Part shown: positions 22,821 through 33,642 of the stretch, one piece after another | How positions within the stretch are numbered: the stretch's first letter is position 1 | Layout: the number at the start of each line of letters is the position of its first letter | DNA from: Paecilomyces variotii | Lineage: Eukaryota | DNA length: 64,000 nucleotides | Reading direction: 5' to 3' (one strand) | Assembly: GCA_004022145.1 (NCBI GenBank) | Contig: RCNU01000004.1 | The notes under the pieces: generated by a model | The model's input: the letters and a program-made list of their open reading frames with translations, nothing else | Told to the model about the DNA's origin: nothing | The model's database searches: none | Program-made: the position numbers and the translations under genes

Positions 22821-23770
22821 AAAGAAAAAGATCATTCCGCTGACCAATCCATAGAATAGTTAGTTACTTGTCAAAGCTTCTCTGTCTCAAGTTCTAGAGA
22901 CCCACAGATTGAGAGAAGACGATCCCAGGACCCCCACCAGTTTCAGAACTCTGAGAACCGGGTCGTCGTGATTTTTTTCTTCTTCTGACTATAAATCTTA
23001 CGTATGGCGTATCCAACTGCTCTAACTATGGGTAGTGGACCGGTACAGTGATACCGGGAGCGAAAATCGATGGAAAAGAAAAAAAAGAAGCTACTACTAA
23101 GATCGTCCATGCAAGATGCAGATTAGCATCTGAGCTCCAATTCAATAGTCGTTCTAAACTTTCAGCTCTTTTTTTTTTTTTTTAAACTTCTTGGTCCCCG
23201 AGGACCGCCGAAGGAGCCGTTAAACAAGTTCAAGGGACGGCGTTGTTCTAAGAAAGTGTAATCATGATGATTAATGATTATTCCCCGCCAAGATCTGAGA
23301 TCACATGAAGTGTGGCCGTACATTTCCGGATGTGGTTAGTGTATCCGTGGCTGAGGACAAGTGGCTCACTCGAATTGTGGCGTCGTGGCTGTGGTATAGT
23401 TTTTATACAGGTACATTTACAGTAAAAGTTTTAGTTACTAGTGTAGAGGTTAAACGCAAACTCAAAAGCCCACGAGGTGACGAGTGAGACCCAGTAGCGG
23501 CCTTAGCACTTCTGATGGGGAAGACGGTAAGCTTAAACAGAAAAAAAAGGGGGGGCCAAGGCAAGAAACAAGCCAAGAGTCCGGATCGTGGCCGAGATGG
23601 ATTAGGCCGACCTTCTTGGAATTACGCTAGTCGTTTACTACTACTACGAGAGTCTAGAGTACTCTTGAGTTTTGATGTGTTATGCTAAGATACTACGGCT
23701 GTTACTACAGGGACGGTGTTCGATTATCTTCTCCGAAGGCAATCGTAAAGGATTGCCTATTCTTACTGTA

Positions 23771-23794
23771 GTGTGTGTGTGTGTGTGTGTGTGT
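23771..23794 (+). repeat. (GT)12 microsatellite
   Basis: gtgtgtgtgtgtgtgtgtgtgtgt, downstream of the 3' end of the GH16-AT3 gene. Confidence 0.9.
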
Positions 23795-24022
23795 GGAAGA
23801 GACTGACTGAAGTGTGAAAAGTGTTCGATGCAGTATTGAATTCTATAATGTATGTACTTCATGTATGTTGACGTGTCACGATCAATCCATAAATCCATCA
23901 AGTCTATGTATAGGGAAATCATGTACATGCCCGGAGATACGACTCCATACTCCGATATAAAATATGGAGAAACCAATCCAATAACACAGAAATGTACATA
24001 CAATGAAATATGTTGTAAAATT

Positions 24023-27000
24023 TCAGACCTCTGAGATCGTCTCTGATATCGTGGCCTTGCCATCGGGACCTTTGCCCTTCTTCTCATCTATCGTGTCTGG
24101 TGTATCGGCCCGGGCAGCATCCACATCACGGTTCAGCAGTTGCCTGCCAAAAGGATACGTGGTGGGCTTTCTCGGTGCCGGCTCCTGGCTGGCGTGCTCC
24201 CACACCGTCAGAGTGAAATTCTTACCGAGCAGCTCGATGGGCGGCGTCAAGATAGGGAGAACGGCAAAGATCATGCCATAGCAGATGATTGCCGTCAGAA
24301 GGACGCACAACCAGTAAGGTAGGCCATAGGAGAAGAGTGTCACCATAGCCCACGAACCAGCAGACCACATGATGAAACCGTGAATCAGATAGATAGTGAA
24401 GATGTGAGGGAAGACCCACTGCAGAACCTTGACCGAGAGCACTCTTTGAACCACAGGGGAAATTTCCACGATGGTTTGCATGCTGACCGTGGTGATCAAA
24501 GCATTCAGTCGAGGAATGTAGTAGTCCGGGTAGAGGCTGCGTCCAGCCTGTACGATGGCGAGACCAGTCGTCGTGTCGGGATGCCACCCATATTCCTTTT
24601 CGGCATACTGGACACCGGTGTACTGGGGAATCAGGTCGAGAGTGAAGCCGCCCAGAGTGACCGCGATGAGGAACCACAGGATAGGGTAGTAGACGAACGG
24701 GCGAGCATGCAGCCACTTCTTGTACTTGAAGGTAAGGTCAAGGTCTGCAAGAAGCACTCCGGCGTAGTAGTAGCTGCCCCACGAAAGACCGTACCAGTGG
24801 TTAGCGATGCAGAAGGCGTAGAAAGCCATCCGCTTCCAAGGCGTCTTGCATTGCTTGACCATGATCAGACCAATCAGAGTTTGCCAGGCGCCCTGCAATT
24901 GGACGGGGATGGTCCAGAGCACTCCGGTACAGTAGTTGTTGGTGATCTGGGGAGCGGCATTTGGAATCAGGAAGGCGAGCTCAACGATCTCACTGATGAA
25001 CACACCAGGGTTCTGCACAAGCGTAACGTACGGCCACTGTGACCACGTAACAGAAGGGAGGTATTCGAGCCAGTTCACGGCTCCCGAATCCATGAGGAAG
25101 TACTCGAGAAGAGCAATTGATGCGACCGGAGTGAGAAGACGGAACGGACGAGAAACAATTTTCTGGGCCATGTTTCCCAGGTTGCCTGTACGAAGATAAT
25201 TGGAGATGAGGAAGCGGGTGGAAATCATGAGGAACGGCCCGATCCAGAGAGGATCTAGGAAGTAGGTTGCGATAGTCTTTCTCGCCCACAACTCACTGGA
25301 ATAATGGTGGTCCAGTCCAGGCTCCAGGACGGATGCGAAGAAGGTCAAACAAAAATGGTTCACCGTGACCAGAAGCGCACTCATAGAGATGAAACCAGCC
25401 AAGTAGTCAATGCGCTGACGGGGCAGAGCAGCTCCTGCAGCCGGAGATGCTTTGACTGCAGGAGTCTTGCGTTCGGTCGCCGCAGGAGCCTGGGGATCCT
25501 GCCTCTGTTGAGGCACATCTGCAGAGAAAAATCCTGGGGTAGGGGGTGCGCTCAATTCCATCGAAGGATGCACCAGGGTGCTGCTGCTGGGACTACCATG
25601 GTATTCCACATCTTCCTTGATGGATCTAGGAGTTTTACTGGTCCCTGCACGGCGTCCCTGGGTTCGTGAGATGAGAGAGCTTGCCTGCGCATCTGCCGGA
25701 TAAATTGGCTGGATCGTCAGATCGTCAGCTGAGTTGGTTCGCGATGGCCGTGGGGATACTACTGGGGTTTGATATTGAGGTGCCGGGGTTTGAGGAACAG
25801 AGTACGCCGGCGGTGGTGACAGGCTAGCGTAAGAAGACACATTTGGAAGGTTATGTCTGCTCGCAAGAGGACTGCCAGTATCAGTGTTTGCGAGAGTCGC
25901 GCCGTCGTCAGTTGACTGAGCGTCGCTCTCGCTTCTGTCTGAGGCCGCAGAGGAGCCCGCAGTCTCCTTCCTTTCCTTAAGGCCAAGGAATTCATAGAGG
26001 GAGTCCCAGGAGGCTCTCCGCCACAATGTCTTGACGAGTAAGATTGTAAAGACAGAAAGGAAAGCAATGTCAATCGCAAGAGGAACCCAGGGAATCGTCC
26101 ACTTGGGTTGGGCCTGCTTCCAGGGTTTCGTGGCATCGAGATCATAGGCCGTGGAGCCTCGAAGAGCGTTGTCGCTCATGGGACAGGCTGCAGTACGTGT
26201 GCATCGTGCATCGAAATCCTTTCGTGTCTTGTCTGTCGCCAACGACGAGTTGTAGAAGATACGAGTCCAGCCGATGTTTGCCTGAGAGCGCTGGGTTGGA
26301 GGGCCCTGGCAGCTATATTTGTTTCCCGTTGACCAGTGCTGCCATTTCAACGGTGCCGGTGTGCTTGGTAAAGTTCCGTTTTCCTTCTTCGTGTACGTCT
26401 TTTGGAGCTGGCCGTCGATGTAGTAACTGATGTTGTCTCTGGTCCAGTCCACGCGATATTCGAGGTAGTACCACGGATCCTCTCCAGCATGGATGAGATC
26501 GGTGAAATTCTTTCCCAGCCAGATATCAGGGAAGACACCATTGGCAAGCATGGAGACCCAGGCCTGGCTGCTGTTGTCGGTGTTCATCACGTCGATGTTC
26601 CATCGCTCAGTTTCGTTGTGATAGAGCAGCATCGATAGAGCAGATCCCCTGTGCCAGGACCGCGGGGCACGCATAGAAGACCGGAAAGACCCGAAAAAGA
26701 TGTCTTGACGTTTGGTGCGGATACTCGCGCCATTGACCAAGTGCTCCTTGTCTGAGGGGTCAATGGCGAGCTCCAGGCTGGTGAGGTTGCGCGCGGTGGT
26801 GTCGTTGACGATGTTGACATTGTCCACCTTGGCTCCCTGACGGTAAACGGTGTTCCAGCCTAGATCATACCTGTGCTCGAATGACTCGATGACCAGGTCG
26901 TCAGGGACACCATTGGTTTCGTTGAAGTATACAATGGTGCTGTCTGTGAAGAGGAGGTCGGCGTCTTCATCATAGAAGCCGCACGTGCAGCTGGAAACCT

Positions 27001-27073
27001 CCCGGGTCGTCAACTCCTGAGCACGGCAGACAGAGACCAACAACACCAACACCCACGACCAGAGAGACGCCAT
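24023..27073 (-). CDS. Fusion protein, 1016 aa: signal peptide + GH16-fold (ConA-like) domain with degenerate catalytic motif + TM helix + S/P-rich linker + acyltransferase-3 (AT3) membrane domain
   Basis: Intronless ORF. Signal peptide MASLWSWVLVLLVSVCRA. GH16 hallmarks CTCGF, ASIRTKRQDIFFGSFRSSMR, YLEYRVDWTRDNISYYIDG, PAPLKWQHWSTGN...GPP. AT3 hallmarks RIDYLAG..., SRPFRLLTP, GVLWTIPVQLQG, IFTIYLIHG, with about 10 hydrophobic helices. Confidence 0.88.
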   Translation of the reverse strand: MASLWSWVLVLLVSVCRAQELTTREVSSCTCGFYDEDADLLFTDSTIVYFNETNGVPDDLVIESFEHRYDLGWNTVYRQGAKVDNVNIVNDTTARNLTSLELAIDPSDKEHLVNGASIRTKRQDIFFGSFRSSMRAPRSWHRGSALSMLLYHNETERWNIDVMNTDNSSQAWVSMLANGVFPDIWLGKNFTDLIHAGEDPWYYLEYRVDWTRDNISYYIDGQLQKTYTKKENGTLPSTPAPLKWQHWSTGNKYSCQGPPTQRSQANIGWTRIFYNSSLATDKTRKDFDARCTRTAACPMSDNALRGSTAYDLDATKPWKQAQPKWTIPWVPLAIDIAFLSVFTILLVKTLWRRASWDSLYEFLGLKERKETAGSSAASDRSESDAQSTDDGATLANTDTGSPLASRHNLPNVSSYASLSPPPAYSVPQTPAPQYQTPVVSPRPSRTNSADDLTIQPIYPADAQASSLISRTQGRRAGTSKTPRSIKEDVEYHGSPSSSTLVHPSMELSAPPTPGFFSADVPQQRQDPQAPAATERKTPAVKASPAAGAALPRQRIDYLAGFISMSALLVTVNHFCLTFFASVLEPGLDHHYSSELWARKTIATYFLDPLWIGPFLMISTRFLISNYLRTGNLGNMAQKIVSRPFRLLTPVASIALLEYFLMDSGAVNWLEYLPSVTWSQWPYVTLVQNPGVFISEIVELAFLIPNAAPQITNNYCTGVLWTIPVQLQGAWQTLIGLIMVKQCKTPWKRMAFYAFCIANHWYGLSWGSYYYAGVLLADLDLTFKYKKWLHARPFVYYPILWFLIAVTLGGFTLDLIPQYTGVQYAEKEYGWHPDTTTGLAIVQAGRSLYPDYYIPRLNALITTVSMQTIVEISPVVQRVLSVKVLQWVFPHIFTIYLIHGFIMWSAGSWAMVTLFSYGLPYWLCVLLTAIICYGMIFAVLPILTPPIELLGKNFTLTVWEHASQEPAPRKPTTYPFGRQLLNRDVDAARADTPDTIDEKKGKGPDGKATISETISEV

Positions 27074-29037
27074 TCTGTCTGGCTTGAGAAGTACAAAGGA
27101 TTATGCAGGTACGGACAAGGTCCCTGGCAGAAAGGCGCTGAAGAACAGGAGGACGATGGCGGCTCCTGGGTCTTAAGAAAACGACCTTCGACCAAGCTTG
27201 CTTCTGGTGCAGTCCAGTCCTGAACTTATCAATTATTATCGCCCGTGGGGCCCCAGCAGCACTGCTGATCCGCCCGTGGACGACACTAGATACGTCTCTG
27301 GGCTGAATCTTGGTTCTACTTCCGACGATGTCCTCCCGGTGTCGGTCTCGAATCGTTCTGGTTCGGATTCCCACCCACCTAGAGGAAAAGCTCGATAAGG
27401 CTACGGATGGATGCGGTCTGATAGACTCGATATTACCGAGATAGTATCTGACATGGGGCCTGCAGGCCTATCATCCAACAAACGGTCCACGCCCTTGATG
27501 AGATTTCCGTCTCAATGCTACTCAGCCCTGACGATGTGACCATAACGATTCTGTCAGCAGAACCATGAGTCGACTGAAAAGTATACTACTTTTGCAAGGA
27601 CCCCCAGCTAGGTCCTCCGCTTGACCCACCGTGTTTTGTGACGGTATTGAAGCACCGAGTATGGATATCTTGTGGCGCTCTCTTATACAGCTGCGGTCCG
27701 GCCAAATTATTCGGCCTTTTTTTAGCTTCAGCCATGACCTTGAGGACTTGACACTAAAAACCTGCTCGCCTTGAAGCTTATCTGAAGGTTACTGAGCAGA
27801 ATAGGTAATGCTTCATGGCGAAGATGGCCGAAGAAAAGCTTCCCTCAGAGCGATAATCTTGGTTGACGGACACCCTAAAGAAAATAGCTCATCGTCTGAC
27901 ACTGATCCCACGGAAAAGCAACCATCCCACAGGCTGACCGATATTCCGCATAAATGAAACGAACGGACGAACGAACGAAAGAAAGAAAGAAAAGGCGTGA
28001 TCATGGCACTCTGAGTCGTTTTCGATACAGATCGGCAACGCGTGCAACTGAGGATGCAGCGCATCAGCCGGGCGACAGGCACATCAGTAAGCAGCGCAGG
28101 CGCCGTTGGCGGTCTCGTGCCAGTGAATGCGGGAGAAGCGCAGTTGTTACCAGGGGACGCTGTCAGGCACGGGAAGTGATATCCTGCTAGTCGGGACCGA
28201 GATGTAACTTAAAATTCTGCAGGCTGTCGATCACTGGGGATCTCTCCACCAGCATCATCCATCGTCAAAGCGCGGATCTATCTGAAGTGGCGCCGACATC
28301 TGCGAACCGGTCAAGGGACTCCGACCCCAGCAGAACGCCACGCTACTGAGCCACGAGGGTAAGAAAGGGTAAACCTTGAATGCCGAGTCTCTGGTACCTG
28401 ACTACCAGTATTATGATTTTCTGGATCTCGGACAACATTCTGGCGCCCGCTACGTCAGTCAGTCCCTTCGGACGGGATCCTGCTGTCCCTACAATGCAAA
28501 TGGAATTGAATTTTTTTCTCTCGGTAATTGATCTCGGGCGATCAACCATAACCCATGAGTACCTACTACTACGACAGCACGTACTCGGGTACCCACGACG
28601 TATGGGAGCCAGACTAACTAACTAGTCGCGACGTATCTACTACCGTCTACGACTCTACGAGTAAGTACAATCCAATCCGTTAGTCGCCGACCGACTCTCC
28701 GGGAGATCGGCGGATGCTAGATAGTAGATACTAGGGTAGTAGAGGCCCGCTAGCGCTTTACAACCCAACTCTAGGCTCCGAGCTGGAGACGTGAGCCCAA
28801 AGATCCAGCAGGGTATCGACGAGATACGCAACTAAGTTATCCTTATCGGGTTCCCTGCTCTGATGGATTCCGAGAAAGTTTGCAGGCGCCTCGGCCGACG
28901 ACCGGGCTTGTCTTTCCTTTCTGGACAGCGCTGGGTTCATTCAAAGGTGCGCTTGCGCCAGCACATTTGATCGAAGTTCTCCTCGGTTTTCCCATCAACC
29001 ACAGCAGTCCAGTCTTGACGGAACATCATCCTGCAAG

Positions 29038-30639
29038 ATGTCGACCGCACCCATGGCGAACGGCTCTGAGGAGGACCTCTTTGACGGTGCGTACCAGCGC
29101 CAGTCGCGGCCAAGGCAGCTGCGCTCCAGCATGTCCAAGATGGTCAGTAGCCTCTCCTGGACGATCAAGACGGCATCAGATGGAATTCAAGACTGGACTC
29201 CATTCGTGCTCGTGTTTTGTTATTTCGCCTTTTCCATCTGCATCTACATGGTTGCGTCGTCGGGGGTCATGAAGGTCTTCTGGTTCGTCTACCTGATGAC
29301 CAACACTTACATCGCCGCTTCTACCGTTGTCGAAGCCATGTTCAGTGTGGGCAAATACCACGAAGCCAAGGTGGCCGCGGCCAAAGTCGAAAAGAACCAC
29401 TGGACCTTTCCGACCCCGGACGCGGAAATGAAGAACCTCGACCTATGCATTGTCGCCTACCTGCCCAACGAACAAGATATCATCCTCGACCGCATCAACT
29501 ATCTGTTGCAGGAGATCGTTTACCCGCGCGATAAGCTCCGCATTGTCGTTCTCTACAACACGCCAACCCCCATTGAGCCTCTTGAGACTGAGATGCGCGC
29601 CATGATGTTGAAGCACCCAGAACTGCGAGTTATCAAGGTGCCCAAGTCTAAGTCGAAGGCCGATAACATCAACTACTACTGTTCTCTTGAAAATGATGCG
29701 GACGTGACGGCCATCTTTGACTGTGATCATTACCCGCACCCGTACAATCCGCGATGGGCAGTGGAGAACTTCCAGCGCGATGATCAAGTCGATATCGTCC
29801 AGGGCCGCTGTGTTATCTTCAACTCAGACGACACCCTCTTGACTGCCATGATCTCGGTCGAGTTTGACAAGATCTATGCCGTCTCTCACCCCGGACGCTC
29901 TACCATGTTCGGGTTTGGTCTGTTCTGCGGTTCCAACGGTTTCTGGCGAACGTCTCTCCTCCGGCACCTGAAGATGGACGAGACCATGTTGACCGAGGAT
30001 ATCGATTCGGCCCTACGAGCCTTTGGTGTCGGTGCCAAGGTCATCCATGATCTGAACGTCGTCTCATTCGAACTGGCCCCGACTACATGGCCAGCTTTCT
30101 GGAAGCAGAGACTTCGATGGAGTCAGGGCTGGCTGCAGGCCAGCGTAAGACATATCCATAAGGTCTGGACTCGATCTCCGGAGGGCCGGAAGCGCACGCT
30201 TACCCACCGGTTTGGCTTGCTCTCGCTGCTCTACATTCGAGAATCCAGTTACTACTTAGTTACACAGTATCTGTGCCTGGTGGCTGCGATCGTTATCATG
30301 CGATGGCCTCAGTCGGGCGAAGACCTCTTTAAACTGGTGTTCTTCATGTACCCTGTTGCATGGTGGCTCTTTATGTTCAGGTAAGTCTCTTGCTAGCGTC
30401 CTTCTGCATGTTCCTATCCGAAGTTCGGACGGCTAATGTGCGCCTGCAGTTGCATTTCCTACGTTGTTACTCTCTGGATCACCTTCCACACACGATCCGA
30501 GTTTGTGCGGTGGTGGCATATCATCGTCTTCACTTTGACCTACCCGGCCCAGCTTATCCTGACAGCGGTAATGGGTCTATTTGGCCACGCACGCCAGGTC
30601 AGCAAATACGTCAAGTGGAACCCGACCCCGAGAAGTTAG
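29038..30639 (+). CDS. Processive family-2 glycosyltransferase (polysaccharide-synthase type), ~510 aa; exons 29038-30380, 30450-30639
   Basis: AYLPNE, KADNIN, FDCDH (DxD), IVQGR, GSNG, LTEDID and QRLRW motifs. Two N-terminal and several C-terminal TM helices. Intron GTAAGT..CTAAT..CAG. Confidence 0.9.
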
Positions 30640-31855
30640 CCGGCACGGGCTGGTCGGTGGAGCAAATGAGATTTGGTTACGTATGAGGAGTTTTGGTTTT
30701 TTTTGGACTTTTTGGGCTGTACACATTACATTTATCCCGGTTCTTTTTGGGTTAGCAAAAGTGGGATATAGAGTGGGATATAGATGATTCTTCATTTTTG
30801 GTAGCGAGAAAATGCTTGGCAATGCCTGTTTTCTTCCGACTTGGATCTTCACACCAAGCTTTCTATTATCTAACCAGTGAATTGGTTTCTTCCTCGCATG
30901 TGATAAGGGGACCGACGCAGCAAATCAGCGCACTCCTAAAAAAGAAAAGATGAAGAAGAAAGAAAGGAGAGTAAAGAAGCATTCGGACCTTGGTGGAAGC
31001 CCACTGGTCACATCGTCTACTGCAGGGCCCGGATCACCGCGTGGGACAGGGCCGCGTTGCTAGGTGGGTTACATAGCCGAGAGAGATCGACGTGCTTAGC
31101 CTTTGAATCACATCTTTGGCCATCAGAAGCACCATCCGTCAAGAGACAGAATGGCGGGAAAGGCCACCGGGTGGCTTCGGGGGCGCTCGACGAGACCCTG
31201 ATTTGGCACGGGAGCTTCCTCTGGTTCAGGTCGTTTCAGGTCCAACTCCAAGGCTAAAAAGCGAATGGAGAAGTCCAGAGCTGCCAAGGCGCGAGAAGAT
31301 GCCAAGAGTGCGGTCTGAATCCCCTTTCCGTTCCGTGGCGCGCGGAATCTAACATCCAGCATCCAGAAATGAACTATCCATGGACCCTAAAATGACGCTA
31401 GAGGGTAACGTACGACTCTATACCAGTTGCCGTTTAGTACAGCACTACAGCTCCATCGTGAAGTCTAAAATGCTTATCGGATCGACATCCAAAGAGGGGC
31501 GTGTCTAAGCTTTCTGCTCAAGAGCATTTTGCTGCGGATCGAGTCGGTGAAACGCCGTATTCTGTCGCCATGGAAGCTCTTGCACCTGGGCCACGAGCTG
31601 AACGGAGATCCGCTAGAGCACGGTCGAGAACTTCCTACTTGGTCCATGGACTACGCTCAGATCTACAACCCCAAATATTGGGCTATCGACCGGGTTCATG
31701 GTACAGTACCATCGCCCGTATCGTCCCAGTTGGTTTCTAGCGTCCGAGCGATGCATTACCTGCTCCAGTCTATCTAATGCAGAAGCGAAGCAGACAGTGC
31801 CTGCATCACAACCCCGGAGCTGGAATTAGCTTCTTACCATGATATGGTTACCGCC

Positions 31856-31875
31856 GTCTCTCTCTCTCTCTCTCT
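31856..31875 (+). repeat. (TC)n microsatellite upstream of the second AT3 gene
   Basis: gtctctctctctctctctcta. Confidence 0.8.
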
Positions 31876-32255
31876 ATCTGGGTCTTATTCGGACACGGAA
31901 CTGTACCGTAAGCCCACCATCCGTTCTGCTGTCCCCTCTTTGAGGACCCCGAGATCTCTCCAATGGTTCTGGACTCGTACGTGAGAGGCTAATCGGTCTG
32001 GTTCGGAGAGGTAGTAGTTTTCCTGGGTCTTTTTTTGCTTTCCCGCATTAGCCATTTACTTATGCTATCAGCGCAGGTGTCATTGAAATGTGAAAGCATC
32101 CCCAACTTCTCTTTCCTCTCAACAGATCACACGTCTCTTCTTGCTTTCTGTTGCTGTATTTGTCTGCAGTCGGCTTGGGAACTCCTCCTCATCTGCCTGA
32201 GGATCTCTTCTTGGACTGTTTGGATCTCGTTGCCCTTTTACCGTTTCTGCCAAAC

Positions 32256-33642
32256 ATGGGGTTCGCAGAGATCGTCAACAGTGCCCCCAAGCTCAAGATG
32301 GGCTCGCCCACGGAGTATGAGCAGCCCTATCTGTTGGGTTTCCGCGGCATCTTGGTGATCGAGACGTTTCTGTGGACATTCCTCCGTACCTTTGCTCCTA
32401 CTACTGTGTACGTTTCTGCGGATCCCAATGGTCCCTTTTCGTACCAGATAGTCCGCAAGATCTTTTCGGTCCTCTTCTGGAACGAATACTTCCTGTATGG
32501 TGCGATCATCTTTCTCTCCGCGCGCTCAATTGCCATTCCGTTTATCAGGAATCCAAAGGCGGAGCGGGCTGCCATGTCGATGATGTGTCGTGGTATCACC
32601 CTTTGGTTCCCAGTTGCTGTGTCCGTGGCCATTGCGACTCTGGCTTTTGCCATTGGTGGCACTGAGTACATCGCCGACTTCAAGACGCGGACCTCCAACC
32701 ATACGACAGCCGTGCCATATGTGATCCCCAACGCATTTGCCTACTTCAACTCCGTATTCAACATGTTCTGGACTACTCGTGACTACAACATCCAAGCGGC
32801 CAGCACGGCGTTCCCCACTGGTACCCTGTGGGTTATCTGTGCTGTGTACATGCAGAGCTACACTGTCTACATGACCATGCTCATCATCCCGTACACGCGC
32901 AACAAGTGGAGAGTCCAGGGCGCCTTCGTCTTCGTCCTGTGCGCCTGGTGGTGTCAGTCTTGGGCATGGTTCACCATCTCTGGTCTGATCCTGGCCGATA
33001 TGGTGATGAACATGAACTTCAAGGAGCGCGCTCAACGCGGTATTCCAGTCTGGACCCGCGCTGATGGCAGCCGGATCTGTATCCCCGTCTTCGTGCCAGC
33101 CGGTTTGTGTCTGATCGGTGGTCTTCTCATGCAATACCTCTGGGTGGCCTACCGGCCGGACCTTTTCGACAAGGAATGGCTGGTTCATACCGATCCCTAC
33201 TACACCGCATCGCTCAACTTTCAGTACGCGACACGCCACACGCAGGCCCGTGACGATGCGTATCTGATGGTCATCGGCATCTTCCTGTTCTTGGAAAGCT
33301 ACGATATCCTTCAGCGGATCTTCTCCAATGGCTTCCTCGTCGCTCTTGGAAAGCGCTCTCTCAGTAAGTTATCTTTTGCTATGCAATCCGGTTGTGAGTA
33401 ATCTTGCTGACTGCTTTCTTCCAGGCTACTTCCTCGTCCAGTCGAACATGATGTACATTGTCGGCATCCGCGTGTTCGAATCTCTGTATACCAAGCACCA
33501 CATCTCTTTCGGTGGCTCCAACATGGTCGCCTTGATCACCTGTCTGGTTGTCACCATCCCGTTGGCCGAGCTGTTTTATCGGTTGGTGGAGTTGCCGAGC
33601 AAGCACCTGGCGCACAAATTCTATGAGTTCATCACCGCATAG
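32256..33642 (+). CDS. Acyltransferase-3-like polytopic membrane protein, ~441 aa; exons 32256-33363, 33425-33642
   Basis: YLLGFRG TM1 motif, IIFLSARSI, FPTGTLWVI, LGKRSLSYFLVQ (equivalent to LGxxSyslYLxH), and C-terminal AELFYRLVELPSKHLAH typical of AT3 proteins. About 10 TM segments. Confidence 0.82.

Noticed and set aside
21110-24000. AT-rich gap as a possible RIP-degraded transposon
   Set aside because: No LTR/TIR pair or transposase/RT remnant recognised; only simple repeats and homopolymer runs.
32151-32255. Track's N-terminal extension of the AT3 ORF (MLYLSAVG...)
   Set aside because: Starts at a non-ATG codon under a bacterial-style code. The first ATG in good context (CAAAC ATG) is at 32256.
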